This document shows, piece after piece, positions 44,978 through 58,409 of a stretch of 64,000 nucleotides of DNA. The position numbers and the translations under genes were made by a program. The notes beneath the pieces are model-generated. The model made no database searches and was not told where the DNA came from. It saw nothing but the letters and a program-made list of their open reading frames with translations. The stretch is taken from assembly GCF_009914755.1 (NCBI RefSeq), contig NC_060928.1. One strand, written 5' to 3'. Every line of letters begins with the position of its first letter. Position 1 is the first letter of the stretch. The DNA is from the human T2T-CHM13v2.0 reference genome, Homo sapiens.

Positions 44978-45366
44978 TGTGTTTGCATTGCTATAAAGGA
45001 ATACCTGAGGCCGGGTAATTTATAAAGAAAAGAGGTTTGATTGGCTCATGGTTCTGCAGGCTGTACAAGCACAGCACCAGCATCTACTCAGCTTCTGGTG
45101 ATGCCCTCATGGAGCTTTACTTATGGTGGAAGGGGAAGTGGGAGCAGGCACATCTCATGGTGAGAATGGGAGCAAGAGAGTGTAGGTGGGAGGTGCCACA
45201 TGTTTTAAACAGCCAGATCCTGAGAGAACTCACTCACTACCATGAGGACAGCATCAAACCATGAGGGATCAGTCCCTATGACCAAAACAACCCCCACCAG
45301 GCCCCACTTCCAACACTGGCATTTACATCTCAACCTGAGATTTGGAGGGCACATCCAAACTAATCA
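44978..45366 (-). mobile_element. MST (MSTB-like MaLR) solo LTR inserted in an L2 fragment (about 44700-45610)
   Basis: gcattgctataaaggaatacctgagg...ggttctgcaggctgtacaag...acatccaaactaatca; 5-bp TSD acagt/gcagt. Confidence 0.85.
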
Positions 45367-46563
45367 GCAGTCATCGAGGCTAGTGACTATAATGGCTCAG
45401 GGGATGTTGAAATAATAGGGGAGATAGTGACAAGTGGTTGAATCAGGATTATATTTGCAAGGTAGACTCATCCTGACTCACTAATGGATTTGATGTGGGA
45501 TGTGAGGGAAAGAAATACATGAAGGGTGACATCTTGGTTTTTAACTGCGCAACCGGGTGAATGGGGGTCCCATCTACTGAGATGCAAATGACTGGGGGAA
45601 ATACTAGTCAGGGAATGACAAGGGGGTATGGGGAGGCAATCAAGATATGTGTTACCTAAAAGTGAAACCAGGAACCCCATGTCCAGGAGAGTACTGGCAC
45701 ATAAAAGCCCTTTATTAAATAATCATTGAATGAGTCAATGAATGAAACCAAATGAGTAAGTGCAGGGAAGGAGAAAGGAAGAATGGAAACTAGCTGTAAA
45801 TTTTACAACATATGAAGGAGTGCATTTGGCAAGTGATATGATGGTAAGGACCTCAGGCTGGAATTTCAGACGACAGGGTTCCAGTCTCAGAAAATATTTC
45901 CAAACCTCAGATTTCTCTTTCTAGCTTTTATTCTGGGACCTCTCCCTTTTTCTTTCTCTGCAGGAAATGTGTTCACATATTTATTCATCCCAGCCAGGAG
46001 GTCCATATCCCTTATATCCCTGTGCATAAGTGCAGAATGGATAGCCCTCAAGACATGGAACAGCCAGTCAGTGAGCTCCTCAGCTGTGGGATGGAACGAG
46101 ACTGAAGCCCCCTCCTGCCAGTGACCACACTCATCACCAACCACTCCTTCCCCACTCCCAATGTCCACACTCCCATCGTTCCTACAGGAGCTGTGGAGTT
46201 GGCTGCTCGGCAGTCCAGACAAGTTCCCATAAATCAATTCTCCAGGGGGTCTTACTCTCTAAGGACATGATTTTAAGCAAGTTGGGGACAAGATTAGTTC
46301 ATACCATGCATTGGCTAGTCTTGAGTTGACAGTCCTACTAATTGTTCTTACTGAGTTTCGGGCGAGTTCCTACTGAGATTTGTAGAGAAATTGGTGGGAA
46401 GAAAGTCCATTAAAAGTTGCCTTCACAACTGGGGAGGGCACAATGCAAAATGAGAAATACCTGTGAAAATGCTGTAAAACAGCTGTGGGTAAAAGCCTTG
46501 CCTCTATTTCACATATTACCGTGTTTTCACATATTAACCACTTTTGTACTGGCTTTTCCACAG

Positions 46564-47289
46564 GATGGAGGGTACAGAGTCTGCCTACATCAGCTCCTTT
46601 GTCTGTTTCTCTTCCGACAAACATTGTACCACCGACCACCATCTGGACTAGCTCTCCACAAAACACTGATGCAGACACTGCCTCCCCATCCAACGGCACT
46701 CACAACAACTCGGTGCTCCCAGTTACAGCATCAGCCCCAACATCTCTGCTTCCTAAGAACATTTCCATAGAGTCCAGAGAAGAGGAGATCACCAGCCCAG
46801 GTTCGAATTGGGAAGGCACAAACACAGACCCCTCACCTTCTGGGTTCTCGTCAACAAGCGGTGGAGTCCACTTAACAACCACGTTGGAGGAACACAGCTC
46901 GGGCACTCCTGAAGCAGGCGTGGCAGCTACACTGTCGCAGTCCGCTGCTGAGCCTCCCACACTCATCTCCCCTCAAGCTCCAGCCTCATCACCCTCATCC
47001 CTATCAACCTCACCACCTGAGGTCTTTTCTGCCTCCGTTACTACCAACCATAGCTCCACTGTGACCAGCACCCAACCCACTGGAGCTCCAACTGCACCAG
47101 AGTCCCCGACAGAGGAGTCCAGCTCTGACCACACACCCACTTCACATGCCACAGCTGAGCCAGTACCCCAGGAGAAAACACCCCCAACAACTGTGTCAGG
47201 CAAAGTGATGTGTGAGCTCATAGACATGGAGACCACCACCACCTTTCCCAGGGTGATCATGCAGGAAGTAGAACATGCATTAAGTTCAG
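46564..47289 (+). CDS. PARM1: Internal coding exon (probably exon 2) of PARM1: end of the signal peptide plus the Ser/Thr/Pro-rich mucin-like ectodomain
   Basis: ORF 46485..47339 contains [24 protein letters not shown]...[12 protein letters not shown], which I recognise as human PARM1. Acceptor ctggcttttccacag|GA ends at 46563; donor TCAG|gtgagt starts at 47290. Length 726 nt, phase 1 at both ends. Four N-glycosylation sequons (NGT, NNS, NIS, NHS). Confidence 0.95.
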
Positions 47290-47554
47290 GTGAGTCTCTA
47301 TCCAGTCCACTAGTTTTCTTTACTACACCCTCACATTAAGAATGCAGTTCAGTGAACCAAACACAATGGAAAATTTGAATTTTGGAGTGTAACACCTAAG
47401 TTGAATTATAATTCACAAGAATTTCCACGAGTGCAAACTTTATTTTTAGTCACTTAACAATTTTCATGATTCACTGTGGCCAATTGCACCTTTATGACCT
47501 GTTTTCACAAGTCATAATGATGCTACAGGGAATGTAAGCACATGAGACCAGATA

Positions 47555-47790
47555 GCAAAGGGATTAACAGCATGGCTTTGGCCAAGCTTCCTAGGTTTCA
47601 ACTCTGGCTCCTGACCTTAGACAAGTTACTTCACCTCTTTGTGCCTGTATTTTTCCACATCTGTAAAATGGGATAAAACAGTTGCTACTGCACACAGTTC
47701 TTGTGGAGATTAACTGAAATGACATAAAGCACTTAGAACAGTTCCTGGCAGGGAGTAAATGCTCAGGAAATGTCATTTGTTATTATTATT
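47555..47790 (+). mobile_element. MIR
   Basis: gaccttagacaagttacttcacctc...catctgtaaaatgggataa...aaagcacttagaacagttcctggca. Confidence 0.85.
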
Positions 47791-48469
47791 CTGCTCAGTG
47801 TTTTAAAGTAGTGTCTCCCTTTTGGAAACCAGTCAAAGTAGAGTAGGAGTGGAGAAAACTTACTTATTCTTTATAGTCACTGATATATTTCAAGGGAAAG
47901 ACAATAAATTTTACAAGATGTCACATCTGTTTTTATTTTCCCAATAATTATATGAAGTTAGTATTATTTTTATCTTTGTTTTGTAATCTTGGAAATTATG
48001 GTGGAGAGAAATCAAGGGCCCTTTCTGAGGTCACCTGCATCTGACATTGATGTGAAGACTGTACAATTTAGGGTACTGGGCAGGAAGAGTCTTTCATCGG
48101 AGCATTTCACCACTTAGCTGAGAAAGAGTGAGATGAGCTCATTTTAGATGAGCCAGAAGTTAGAGGGGGAAATGGAGCTGCAGCCCCTCCCCTGGGTGGT
48201 CCTGTGAGAGGTGAAGACTGAGAAGGTCATTTCCAGACAGAACCCTGCATGGTCAGTTGGGGTCAAAGGAATGGCCATCACTGAGGAGAGAATCACAACT
48301 TTTAACAAACAATTGATATACATCCATCACGAATGGAAACTGCTTGACAGTGGAGGTAGGAAGAGATAGAACTAAGATTAATGAAGACGTGATTCCTCAT
48401 GGAAGAGCTCACAATTTAGTAAGGGAAGAAGTCCCAGAGAATTGCACATTTTTATTTCAAAGGCCCAGT

Positions 48470-48910
48470 ATATCATTGAGGATATCAACAAGAAAAAGAT
48501 AGACACTGAGACTGGGATAAAGGAACTAATGACAAAGGTCTGGCTGGGGAATGGGAGAACCACAGGGGGTCACAATAACAGGGCTGTTACAGGCCAGACC
48601 TAGGAGGAAAGGAGGGAGTAGTAACCAGAACCCAGAAGGAGAGGCCCAGTAGAGTTGACCATGCCATCAGGAGCAGTGACTCTTGGCTGAGGGACACAAC
48701 AATCTCAAGGTTAACCTCCCTGGAGTGAAGGGAATGACTACTCTGCCCTCCCTCTCCCTGCTCCTCTGATATGCAGCAAGAAGCCAAGAACAAGGGGACC
48801 CACTGGTGTGGTCCATGCAGGTTGGCCTCCTAGAGGGCTGGTCAGAGAACCACACAGAGAAGGGTGGAGAGTGGATCTGCAGAGGTGAAGGGAGGAAATC
48901 TATTGACTCC
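48470..48910 (-). mobile_element. Old ERVL LTR, LTR41-like (tentative)
   Basis: agaagggtggagagtggatctgcagagg terminus and ggtccatgcaggttggcctcc motif resemble a recalled consensus. Confidence 0.4.
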
Positions 48911-50479
48911 TCTGTGCAGCCCATCACCCCATTAGCACCTTTTTTATACCTCCAGGCCAGCACTTAAAACATTGAGCTTGAATGTGTATCTTCAGTCTGT
49001 CTCTATCCAAACCCCTGCACCCCAGGTTCCCAGCATGAAGGTAACATCTCTGACATTGGTTCCTGGAGCAGAGTTGGTGTTGACTTTGATGCGATATCTT
49101 AAGAACCATCTTAAACAAAGGGATCATCAAAATACAGTGACCACATTTTTTTTCTTTCCTATTTCAGGCCCTCACCACCACTTGTCTGTACAACTTTTTC
49201 AGTTTTTAACCAGCCACTCTCTCTTCACTTTCTGTCCCCTTCAGGATACTTTAGACCTAGCAGATTGATATTCCTGACCACAAAATCTAAGCTTAGCATA
49301 CATGAATCTCTAAACTGACACATCTACTCCTTCCTACAAGTACCTTAGTTTTATGGGCTGGGTTATTCAAGACAGTTCTGTTCTAATATCTTGGCTTGAT
49401 TTTAGGCTCTATGTCTTGATTTCCTCAACTCTAGGCCAGCAGGGTCAAGAGGCCCCAAATTGGTGGCAGTTGGCTCATAAACCTTGAAGTTCATGGGAAT
49501 ATTGCATATAGCAGAAACTCAGAATAAATGACAGAATGCTTAAATGACTGGGGAAGAGAGGTGTGGCCGGTTAGAGGGACATCACTGACCAGTACACATT
49601 TCATAGACCAAAGAGTATGTATCCTTATGACCTACTAAATCAAAAAATATTTAGATTGCATTTACCAAGACCCTCTTCTTCATGAAAACAAGTATGAGAC
49701 CTATCCTTTGAGATTTTATAGTTTAAGTAGAGAGAAAGGACACAGGACAAGTAACTCTTAATATCAGTACTTAGTTTCTAATATGAGAATGAACCTGGTA
49801 GGCAGAAGGATCTTTGGGATGATGTGATAGAACCTGTTCACTTCAAAGGTGAAGAAACTGTGTCCCAGAAGTTTGAAGTGCCTCACCCAAGATCACATGG
49901 CCCAGTGGCAGCATTGGGCCCTGTGCCCAGGGCCCAGAGCTCTAAGCCAAGTCAAGTCCTCTCTCACCACTCTGAATTGCTGCACTCCTCCTTTATTAGC
50001 TAGCAGACCAAGCAACATTCTGTTGGTTTGCGCTTCAGGTTACTATTTTGGGATGCTCTTATTTAGAGATTCTTTATGCTGCCTTTAGTAGTGGCAGTAA
50101 TAACACCACATTTTGCATAGCATTTTGTCTCATTCTGTGTGGGTTCACGTAGTATGTTTCTATTAATCCAAGGATTCACTCACTCAACAAATATCTAAAC
50201 ACAGTCACCAATGAATAATTCTGAAACAAGGTGAATATTATGGGAGTTAAATTTGACTATAGACCTTAAGAAAGGGCTCCATGATGGAGAGAGCAGGGAG
50301 CTGAGTTGCAGAAAATAAAGGAAATTTGAGCCTAAAGAGAGATGAAGGGGATTTGGGCAAAGGGAGTTTCAGGTGCTCATTTACAAAGGCAAGGAACCAA
50401 GAGCACGATCATTAAGGGTGGACACACTTGCATTCAGAATCCACGCAGAAGTTGTAAGCACTTAAACTGCTCTTGTTGA

Positions 50480-51950
50480 ATAATCCAGTGCCCTCTACAT
50501 TGCCAGATCTAAGGGTAAATTCTTAGATCTTTTTTTTGTTTGTTTATCATTTCAACTTTTATTTTAGATCAGTGGGTACATGCACAGGTTTGTTACGTGG
50601 GTATATTGCGTGATGCTGAGGTTTGGGGTACAACTGATCCCATCACCCAGGTAGTGATCACAGTACCCAATAGGTAGTTTTTCAGCCCTTCCCCCATTCT
50701 GCCTCCCTGCTCTTGTATTCTCTGGTGCTTAGACCTGGTTTGACCTGACCTGCCAGCAGTGTCTGACTCAGATGATCACTGCCCTCATCGTTAAAGCACT
50801 GGCTCTGCTCGACGTTCAGAGTGTGCATTTTCACTACCTTCTCTCTCTGCTGTCTCACTTCACTTCCTCATTTTCCTTCATTATCCAGGTCGAGCACCTC
50901 AGGCCTCCTTTCTCCCTGATCTCTCCACCGTCACTCCTGCGTGGATGACTCTTGACTTTCATTGTCATCTATGTGCTGATAACACTGAGATGTAAAATTC
51001 TCCCCATTTTGCTTCACTGAACTATAGACATGTATAGCCAGCTGTCAGCCAATTCATCATCTCCACTGGGTGGCTCATAGGCATCTCACACTTAATATGT
51101 CTAAGGCAAATTATTGATTTCCTCAATTCTCAGCCTGTGCCCCTTGATCATTTCCTGTCTTCTTTCAATTCTTCAGGCCAAAACCCTCAAAGTAATCCTA
51201 GACTCCTTTCTTTCTCACATACTGTATATCCTGTCCATGAGATCTGGGCTGATCGCCTCCCGTCCCTCTGTCATCTTTCAAACGTGTCACTTTAATATTC
51301 CTGCAACTGATCTCACTATTCACTGCACCCTTGTCGGGCAGATCTTTTCAAAACTCAGAACAGACTCCACTATCCATCCGCTCTCACATTTCAATCACTC
51401 CCCGCTCTGAATCAGAGAAAAAGCCAAAGTCTCTACCATGCCTACAAAGCTCAGCAGGTCATAGGACCTCTACCCTCACCTCGTCCACTCTCACCCTCAG
51501 ACACACTGGCAGTCTTACTGCTTCTTGAACACACTGGAGATACTCCTGTCTCAGGGATTTTGCAGTTACCATCCCCCCTATCTAGAACATTCTCCCTCCA
51601 GATCTTCAATGGCTCCCTCCTTTTCATCAGTCAGGATTCTGTTTACCTCTCACCTCCTCAGCAAGCCTTTACTCACTCCCCCATCTGAAATAGTAACCCC
51701 CATCACTACTGATCCCTTTCCCTACTTAATTTTTCTTTTTATCGCTTAACCATTTTCTGACATCATCTGATTTATTTGATAAGTTAGTGTCTGTTTTCTG
51801 CCACTAGACAGAGTCAGTGTCTGTTTTCATGCCACCATGAAAGCAAGGACCTTGTTTGCAAATAGGAAGATATGGGCTACACCCTGAACCCCTAGAACAG
51901 AGCCCAACACATGGTAGACCTTCAATAACATTTGTTGAATACATGAATAA
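50480..51950 (+). mobile_element. L2 fragment interrupted by a short L1
   Basis: catctatgtgctgat...ggcatctcacacttaatatgtctaa...gactcctttctttctc...caataacatttgttgaat. Confidence 0.75.
50531..50728 (-). mobile_element. Severely 5'-truncated L1PA/PB 3' end
   Basis: T-rich tail then gggtacatgcacaggtttgttac...catcacccaggtagtga; TSD cttagatct / cttagacct. Confidence 0.85.
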
Positions 51951-53860
51951 AAGAGCCAATCAACCAATATTAGGGAAGTTATTAGATCTCCCTGAGCCTT
52001 GATCCTATCATCAGTAAAATAGGATAGGGATAGTATTCACATAATGCGGTTATTAGAAGGTTCAGGTAAGATAATAAATTTATAGCATATGGCTGTTGAG
52101 CAATAGCTCAATCAATGGCTATGGTTGCTACTTTACTATTGTTTACTGTTATTACTATTCTGCTGGTGTGATTATCATTGTTATTATTTTATTTATCATA
52201 TTGAAGAATGCCCACCATCTTCAACAAATATTTATTGAGCTTCTACTATGAGCCAGGCATCTGGTTAAATACTAGGGTTATAGCCATGAGTAATACAGTC
52301 ACTTCACTCATGGACATTACAATGTAGTGTGCACATGGCATATGGCATAGTGAGTAACCTAGTTTGGGTCCCAAGCTACATGGAGGGAGACACTGTAGAT
52401 GTAGGAAGGACGACTTCAGGGCAAGCATTAGAGAACACTAGGGAGCAGCCTAAGACAATTGGTTTACTTTCTAGGCCATTTATAGTCACCAAAGTCTTTT
52501 GATCAGGGGAAGAACATATTGAGAATCATATTTTAAAAGTATTCAACTGGTGGGAATATGTATGTCAAGTTGCAGGGAGTTCAGATTTGGAACCATGTAT
52601 GCCAGTTTATAACTGTTTTCTGGTTTGTCATTGTCATGCACTGATAGTAGGCACGTCACTTAGCTACTCTAACTTAAAAGGCTCTTGGTTGTAAACTGAA
52701 TACAAGAGAAGCAGTCTCTCAGGTCCTTTTGGCTTTTCATACTATGGTAATTATTTATTACAATTATCCTTTACAGAAGACATGAGGTTCATGGTCGTAT
52801 GAGGCATACTGAGAATATGTATGTTCCAAGAATTGGGCTAGCGACTGACACAGGTAGCCCTCATCTGATCCTCAGAACGTTCCAGTGGTGTGAGCTCAGC
52901 AGTATCTGTTTTACAGGTGACAAAACAAGTCCAGAGAGACTAAGTGACTGACTCAAATTCTCACTTGAGTGACCAGACCAGGATTGAAATCCAGTTCCCC
53001 TGACAGACCCAAAGCCAAGTGTTCCTTTCACAATGCCCATCCTACCCGAATTAGTAGAGACACAGAGTTGGGGAAGAACTGATGGGCTTCAGCATTACTG
53101 TAGAAATGAGCTAGATGGGCTAGTTGCCAGATGTTGCCAGCTGGGTCCCAGGGGTAGAGCTGCCCAGTGGGAGGGGAAGCAGATGGTGGTAGCAGCCATG
53201 CAAAATTGGCTGTGCAGAAGAAGAGTTTTGATTGATTTTCATTTTTTAGCTTTTGTTTGGCTCTTAAAGGAAGAGAGAAAGACGTGATCTGTTAAATTTG
53301 GGTCATTTTGTTTTATTAAATCAGATCTCTTCAAGGATGAAAACTATGACTACAGTGTGTGTTTGACTCCCTGAACAACATTGAATGGTGCTATGAACAA
53401 TTTGGTGCTCAGTACATGCCTGAGGGATTAACTGACATTGCAAAACAAGTAATATTCAAAACATCATCAGTTCTTGCATATGCAAACTTTAAAATTATAG
53501 TTACTGTGCTTGTTGCAAAGTAGATACTCTCTTTTGTCTGTAAAATCCACATGTCCACTGGTCTTTCACTATCCTATTATTTTCACCATAAAGAGAAGCA
53601 CACACAACCGTGAAAATTGGTGAAGACCATTGAACATTAAATTGCTGATCTGAACCCTAGTATTTATCCAGTATGAGCGATGCCAATAAATACATTTAAA
53701 TAAAGGGCACTAAGTAGGCACAGACATCTAGACATCTCTATGTCCATACCTGCAAGGGACTTTCAGCTCTACAAGACACCCATAAACCTTAGATTTGAAA
53801 AAAGAATCAACTTGTAGAAAAGATGAAACAATAATTTTAAAAGTATACCTAGAAAATTTC

Positions 53861-54175
<315 letters not shown>

Positions 54176-54469
54176 AGAAAATTTCAGAAGCGAAAAATGT
54201 ATATTGTAGTAAGTTAATGACCATCATGTTTAACTGACATATTAAAAATAGGTTAAAGGGGAAAACAATTATTTAATTAAAAACAAAAACATAGGTGTGA
54301 GAAGACCATGTTAAAGAATGGCAAACATTTACTGGTCAGATTCTTTTAAAATGGCCAGAATGTATCAGAAAGCAATAATCCTAACAAGTATGGTATCTTA
54401 CGCTCAGCTTTACAAATATTAGATCATTGTATATGCCCAGACCTGGTCGTCTTACGGTGAGTGTCACCA

Positions 54470-55275
54470 CCATCTTTTCAGTTCTCTCTCTCCCACTCCC
54501 TAACTCCCCTCTGTCACTGAGTACTGTTGATTTTGAACTCTTGGTAGCTCTCAAATTCATCTACTTCTCTTCATTTTTATCTCAGAGCTCCCATAATCCC
54601 ACCGCAATAGCCTCTCAACTGCCCCTCATTTCCCCCCCCCCGCACCCATCTCCCTACTCCCTGTTGTCCACACAGCAGCCAGAGTGACAGTTAAACACAA
54701 ATCTGATCAAGGCTCACATAACCTTACTACCACCACCATCTCAGCCCCTGGGGGCACTCCGCTGCTTTTAGGGTGAAGTCCACACACCTTCAGTTTATGT
54801 GGGCTCCACTTGTCACCCCAGTGTCATCCCACAACCCTCCCCTCGCTCTCTGCACCACCCACACTGGCTGTCTCTCAGTTCCATGAGCGCCTGTGTCTCC
54901 CTCTTGACTTAGGGCCTTGACTCACTTAGACGCTACCTGGGACTTTCTCACAACCCATCACTTCACCTGGTTAATTCCAGCTCATTCCTCAGGTCTCAGA
55001 TCAAATAGCACCTGCTCAGAAGGTCTCTTATGGAGCCCCCTGTCCAGTGTTGGCCTCCCAGTTACAACTTGTCACAAGTCAATTGCATCTCTTCTTCGCA
55101 GCATGTGATTATACATTTTTCTTGTGTTTATTTGTTCATTGTCTTCACTGCTTTTAAAGTACCTGAGGGTGGGTCCTTGTCTATTTTGGCTCACAAATAT
55201 ATTCCCAGCACCTAACAGTGTCTGGCTCAGTGTAGGTTTTCAATAAATGTCCAATGAATCAATCAATCAATCAAT
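54470..55275 (+). mobile_element. L2 3' fragment with (AATC)n tail
   Basis: ccacacagcagccagagtga...aaatctgatca...cccagcacctaacagtgtctggc...caataaatg...aatcaatcaatc. Confidence 0.8.
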
Positions 55276-55582
55276 GATTTTTGGTGACAATATCAATCTT
55301 TAGACAATAAATTCACGTATTGTGTTAGCCTCATTAATCCTGAGCTTTGAAATGAAAATGAAGAAAAATTGAACATCCTCACTGTGTCTGCAAAGACATC
55401 CCCTCGGATGCCTTTAAGCAGTGTAGCTGTCTAAAGGACTTTCTGCTGCCCACACCAAGCCCACCTCACCTCTCTTCTCACCATTCTGACTCCCTTCTTT
55501 GGTTTTCCCATAGACTCCAAGGCTGCCAATGCTATGGGTTGTTATAAACTCTCACTCATATTTTTTTCTTTTGTGCCCAGTT

Positions 55583-56375
55583 CTTTTTTTTTTTCCTTCC
55601 AACTTTTATTTCAGTTTTGGAGGGTACATGTGCAGGTCTGTTACATGGGTAAATTGTGTGTCATGCGAGTTTGTTGTACAGATTATTTTGTTACTGAGGT
55701 AATAAGCATAGTGCGCTATAGTTAGTTTTTTTTTATCCTCACCCTCCTCCCACCCTCCACCCTCAACTAGGTCCCTATGTCTGTTGTTCCCTTCTTTGTG
55801 TCTACGTATACTCGAGGTTTACCTTCCTCCTAAGTCAGAACATGCAGTGTTTGGTTTTCTGTTCCTGCATTAATTTGCTTAGGCTAATGGCCTCCAGCTC
55901 CATCCATGTTGCCGCAAAGGGCAGGATTTCATTCCTTTTATGGCTGAATAGTATTCCGTAGTGTATATATACCACATTTTCTTTATCTAATCCACCATTG
56001 GTGGGAATTTAGGTAGATTCTATGTCTTTGCTATTGTGAATAGTGCTGTGATGAACATACATGTGCAAGTGTCTTCATGGTGGAACTATTTATTTTCCTT
56101 TGGGTATATACTCAATAATGAGATTACTGGGTCAAATGGTAATTCTGTTTCAAGCTCTTTGAGAAATCTCCAAACTGCTTTCCACAGTGGCTGAACTCAT
56201 TTGAATTTCCACCAGCAGTGTATAAGCATTCCCTTTTCTCTGCAACCTCACCAGTGTCTATCTTCAACTTTTTAATAATAGCCATTCTGACTGGTGTGAG
56301 ATGGTATCTCATCATGGTTTTGATTTGCATTTCTCTAATGATTAGTGGTGTTGAGCACTTTTTCATATACTTGTT
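55583..56375 (-). mobile_element. 5'-truncated L1 (old L1PA/L1PB) 3' end
   Basis: Minus-strand [36 protein letters not shown]; 3' UTR and T-tail at left. Confidence 0.92.
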
Positions 56376-57319
56376 GTTTGCCTATTCTTTAAACTTAGTT
56401 TAAACCTCAAAGTTTCCTAAAACAAGATAAACTCTCATAAGGGGCTCCAGCTGTCAGATTTTATTTTAAGTAAAAATTATTCCGAATTATTGTCTCTTCT
56501 TCTTATATTTCTCCTTTGGCTCACTTTTACTACCTAAATCTTAATCTGCTTTTGAAATGTTTCCAAAATATCTTTTGAGATATACATGTCAAGGTAATAA
56601 AATCAGCTATTTACTATCTATTTAGTTTGTCATGTAGTAGCAATATAACTCTATCACATGTTTTAATTGTCCCAATGTCACCTTTTATTACATTTGGAAA
56701 GTTTTTGTCTTTATGGAGCAATTTTCTTTTTCTGTTTCAAATGCTTTCACCAGTTGCATATGATGAAAGTGGCTGTGGAAATGCTTCACTGAGAAAGTGG
56801 GATTTAACTTATAGATACAGCTGATACCATTAATATGCCAGGATATGGATATGCTTGATTCCATACCCTGACTGAACCCGTACTCTAATCTTCCAACTCA
56901 AAAAAGCATGCCTTTTTAGTTACAAAATAATTTGGCAGGGAAATGAGAATGGATCAACACCCTCCCATCATCTTTATCAGAAAGGTTCTAAAAAACTCAT
57001 TTCAGAGAGTCAAGTCAGGAATATTGCATTAGGAGTGCATATAATAGATGCTAACTTAATATTGTCCTCAGCATGCTTTGTTCCCCCTCAGGTCCTAGGA
57101 GAGAAAAATATTGGCCAAAAGAGATGATATTTTATTTAACAGTATAATGCTTTTATTGTCAGACTCATGGCCTTCAAGGGGTAGACCAGAGGCTCAAAGA
57201 TGAAGGCAAATTTATGTTAAAATTATAAAATCTCAGTAGGTCCATGGATGTGGGCCATCAAAAACACTTTGCCATATTTCCATGTGGAGAAATCACGGAG
57301 TCATTTCAAAGACAGGCTG

Positions 57320-57575
57320 TAGGAAGGCAAGAATGTTAGTAACAGCACAAGCTTTGGCCTCAGACTGCCTGGTTCAAATCTCACCAGTGCTATTTGCTAA
57401 ATGGGAGAATTGAGCAAGTTTATTTATCACAGGTGTTCCATTTTCCTCATCTATATGATGAGGGTAATTATAGTACTGTACCTGTTTTACAGGATTCTTA
57501 TTAGGGTTAAATGAGACAAGTATATAAAGTGCCTCTTACATAGTAAGCACTACATAAACGTTAGCTATTATTATT
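57320..57575 (+). mobile_element. MIR
   Basis: cagactgcctggttcaaatc...ttttcctcatctata...agtaagcactacataaacgttagctattatt. Confidence 0.85.
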
Positions 57576-58128
57576 ACAGTTGGGTCCTTAATTCTCAATG
57601 TGGATACCAACCAGCAAGAGTTTTGACTCTTCTAGACTCTGATTTTCTTAACTTGAAGAATTAGAATGTTTGTAAAAACACTTTAAGATTCCCAAAGTGA
57701 TTATTACTGTGAATATTAGGTAATAAAAGTTCACTTAAGTACCTGCCTACAGCATAATACAGAAAAGCATAGTCCAAAAAGTATAAAGGAGAAAAATAGC
57801 TATGTTCACATCTGAAATAATAACAGTTTCAGAAAACTTGGAAAATCCAAAGAAAAGTGTTAAAGAGTCCAAACAACTGAAGATTTCTAGCTAAGAGAAA
57901 GGCAATCTTGGGGCGTTGGGGGAAAAAAGGCTGAGCTGCAGGATTTAGCCTGGGTCCCATCTGCCCCTGAGGTTGGACAGTTGAGACCTAGAAGTTGTAC
58001 TCTTCCCTTAACTGGCATCAAAGTTGGAAATTATTTTTCTTTCCCACGTTTTTAACTCCAAAACTTTGAATTCCTGAGTCTGGGGGAAATTAACACTTGG
58101 TAAACACAGTATTCAAAAGCAAGTTCCT

Positions 58129-58409
58129 GGCCAGGTGCGGTGGCTCACGCCTGTAATCCCAGCACTTTGGGAGGCCGAGACGGGCAGATCACGAGGTCAG
58201 GAGATCAAGACCATCCTGGCTAACACGGTGAAACCCCGTCTCTACTAAAAAATACCAAAAATTAGCCTGGCGTGGTAGCGGGCGCCTGTAGTCCCAGCTA
58301 CTCCGGAGGCTGAGGCAGGAGAATGGCGTGAACCCGGGAGGCGGAGCTTGCGCCACTGCACACTCCAGCCTGGGCGGCAGAGCGAGACTCTGTCAAAAAA
58401 AAAAAAAAA
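58129..58409 (+). mobile_element. AluY with a ~16-bp right-arm deletion
   Basis: accatcctggctaacacggtg and gagaatggcgtgaacccgggaggcggagcttgc|gccactgc; TSD agcaagttcct (58118-58128 / 58411-58421). Confidence 0.95.

Noticed and set aside
46370-47260. Antisense and alternative-frame ORFs overlapping the PARM1 exon
   Set aside because: They are shadows of a C-rich, low-complexity coding exon with no independent support.
46485-47339. The 284-aa ORF as a stand-alone single-exon gene
   Set aside because: It starts at a GTG in intronic sequence. Canonical splice sites delimit the true coding part (46564-47289), and the flanking residues are intron read-through.
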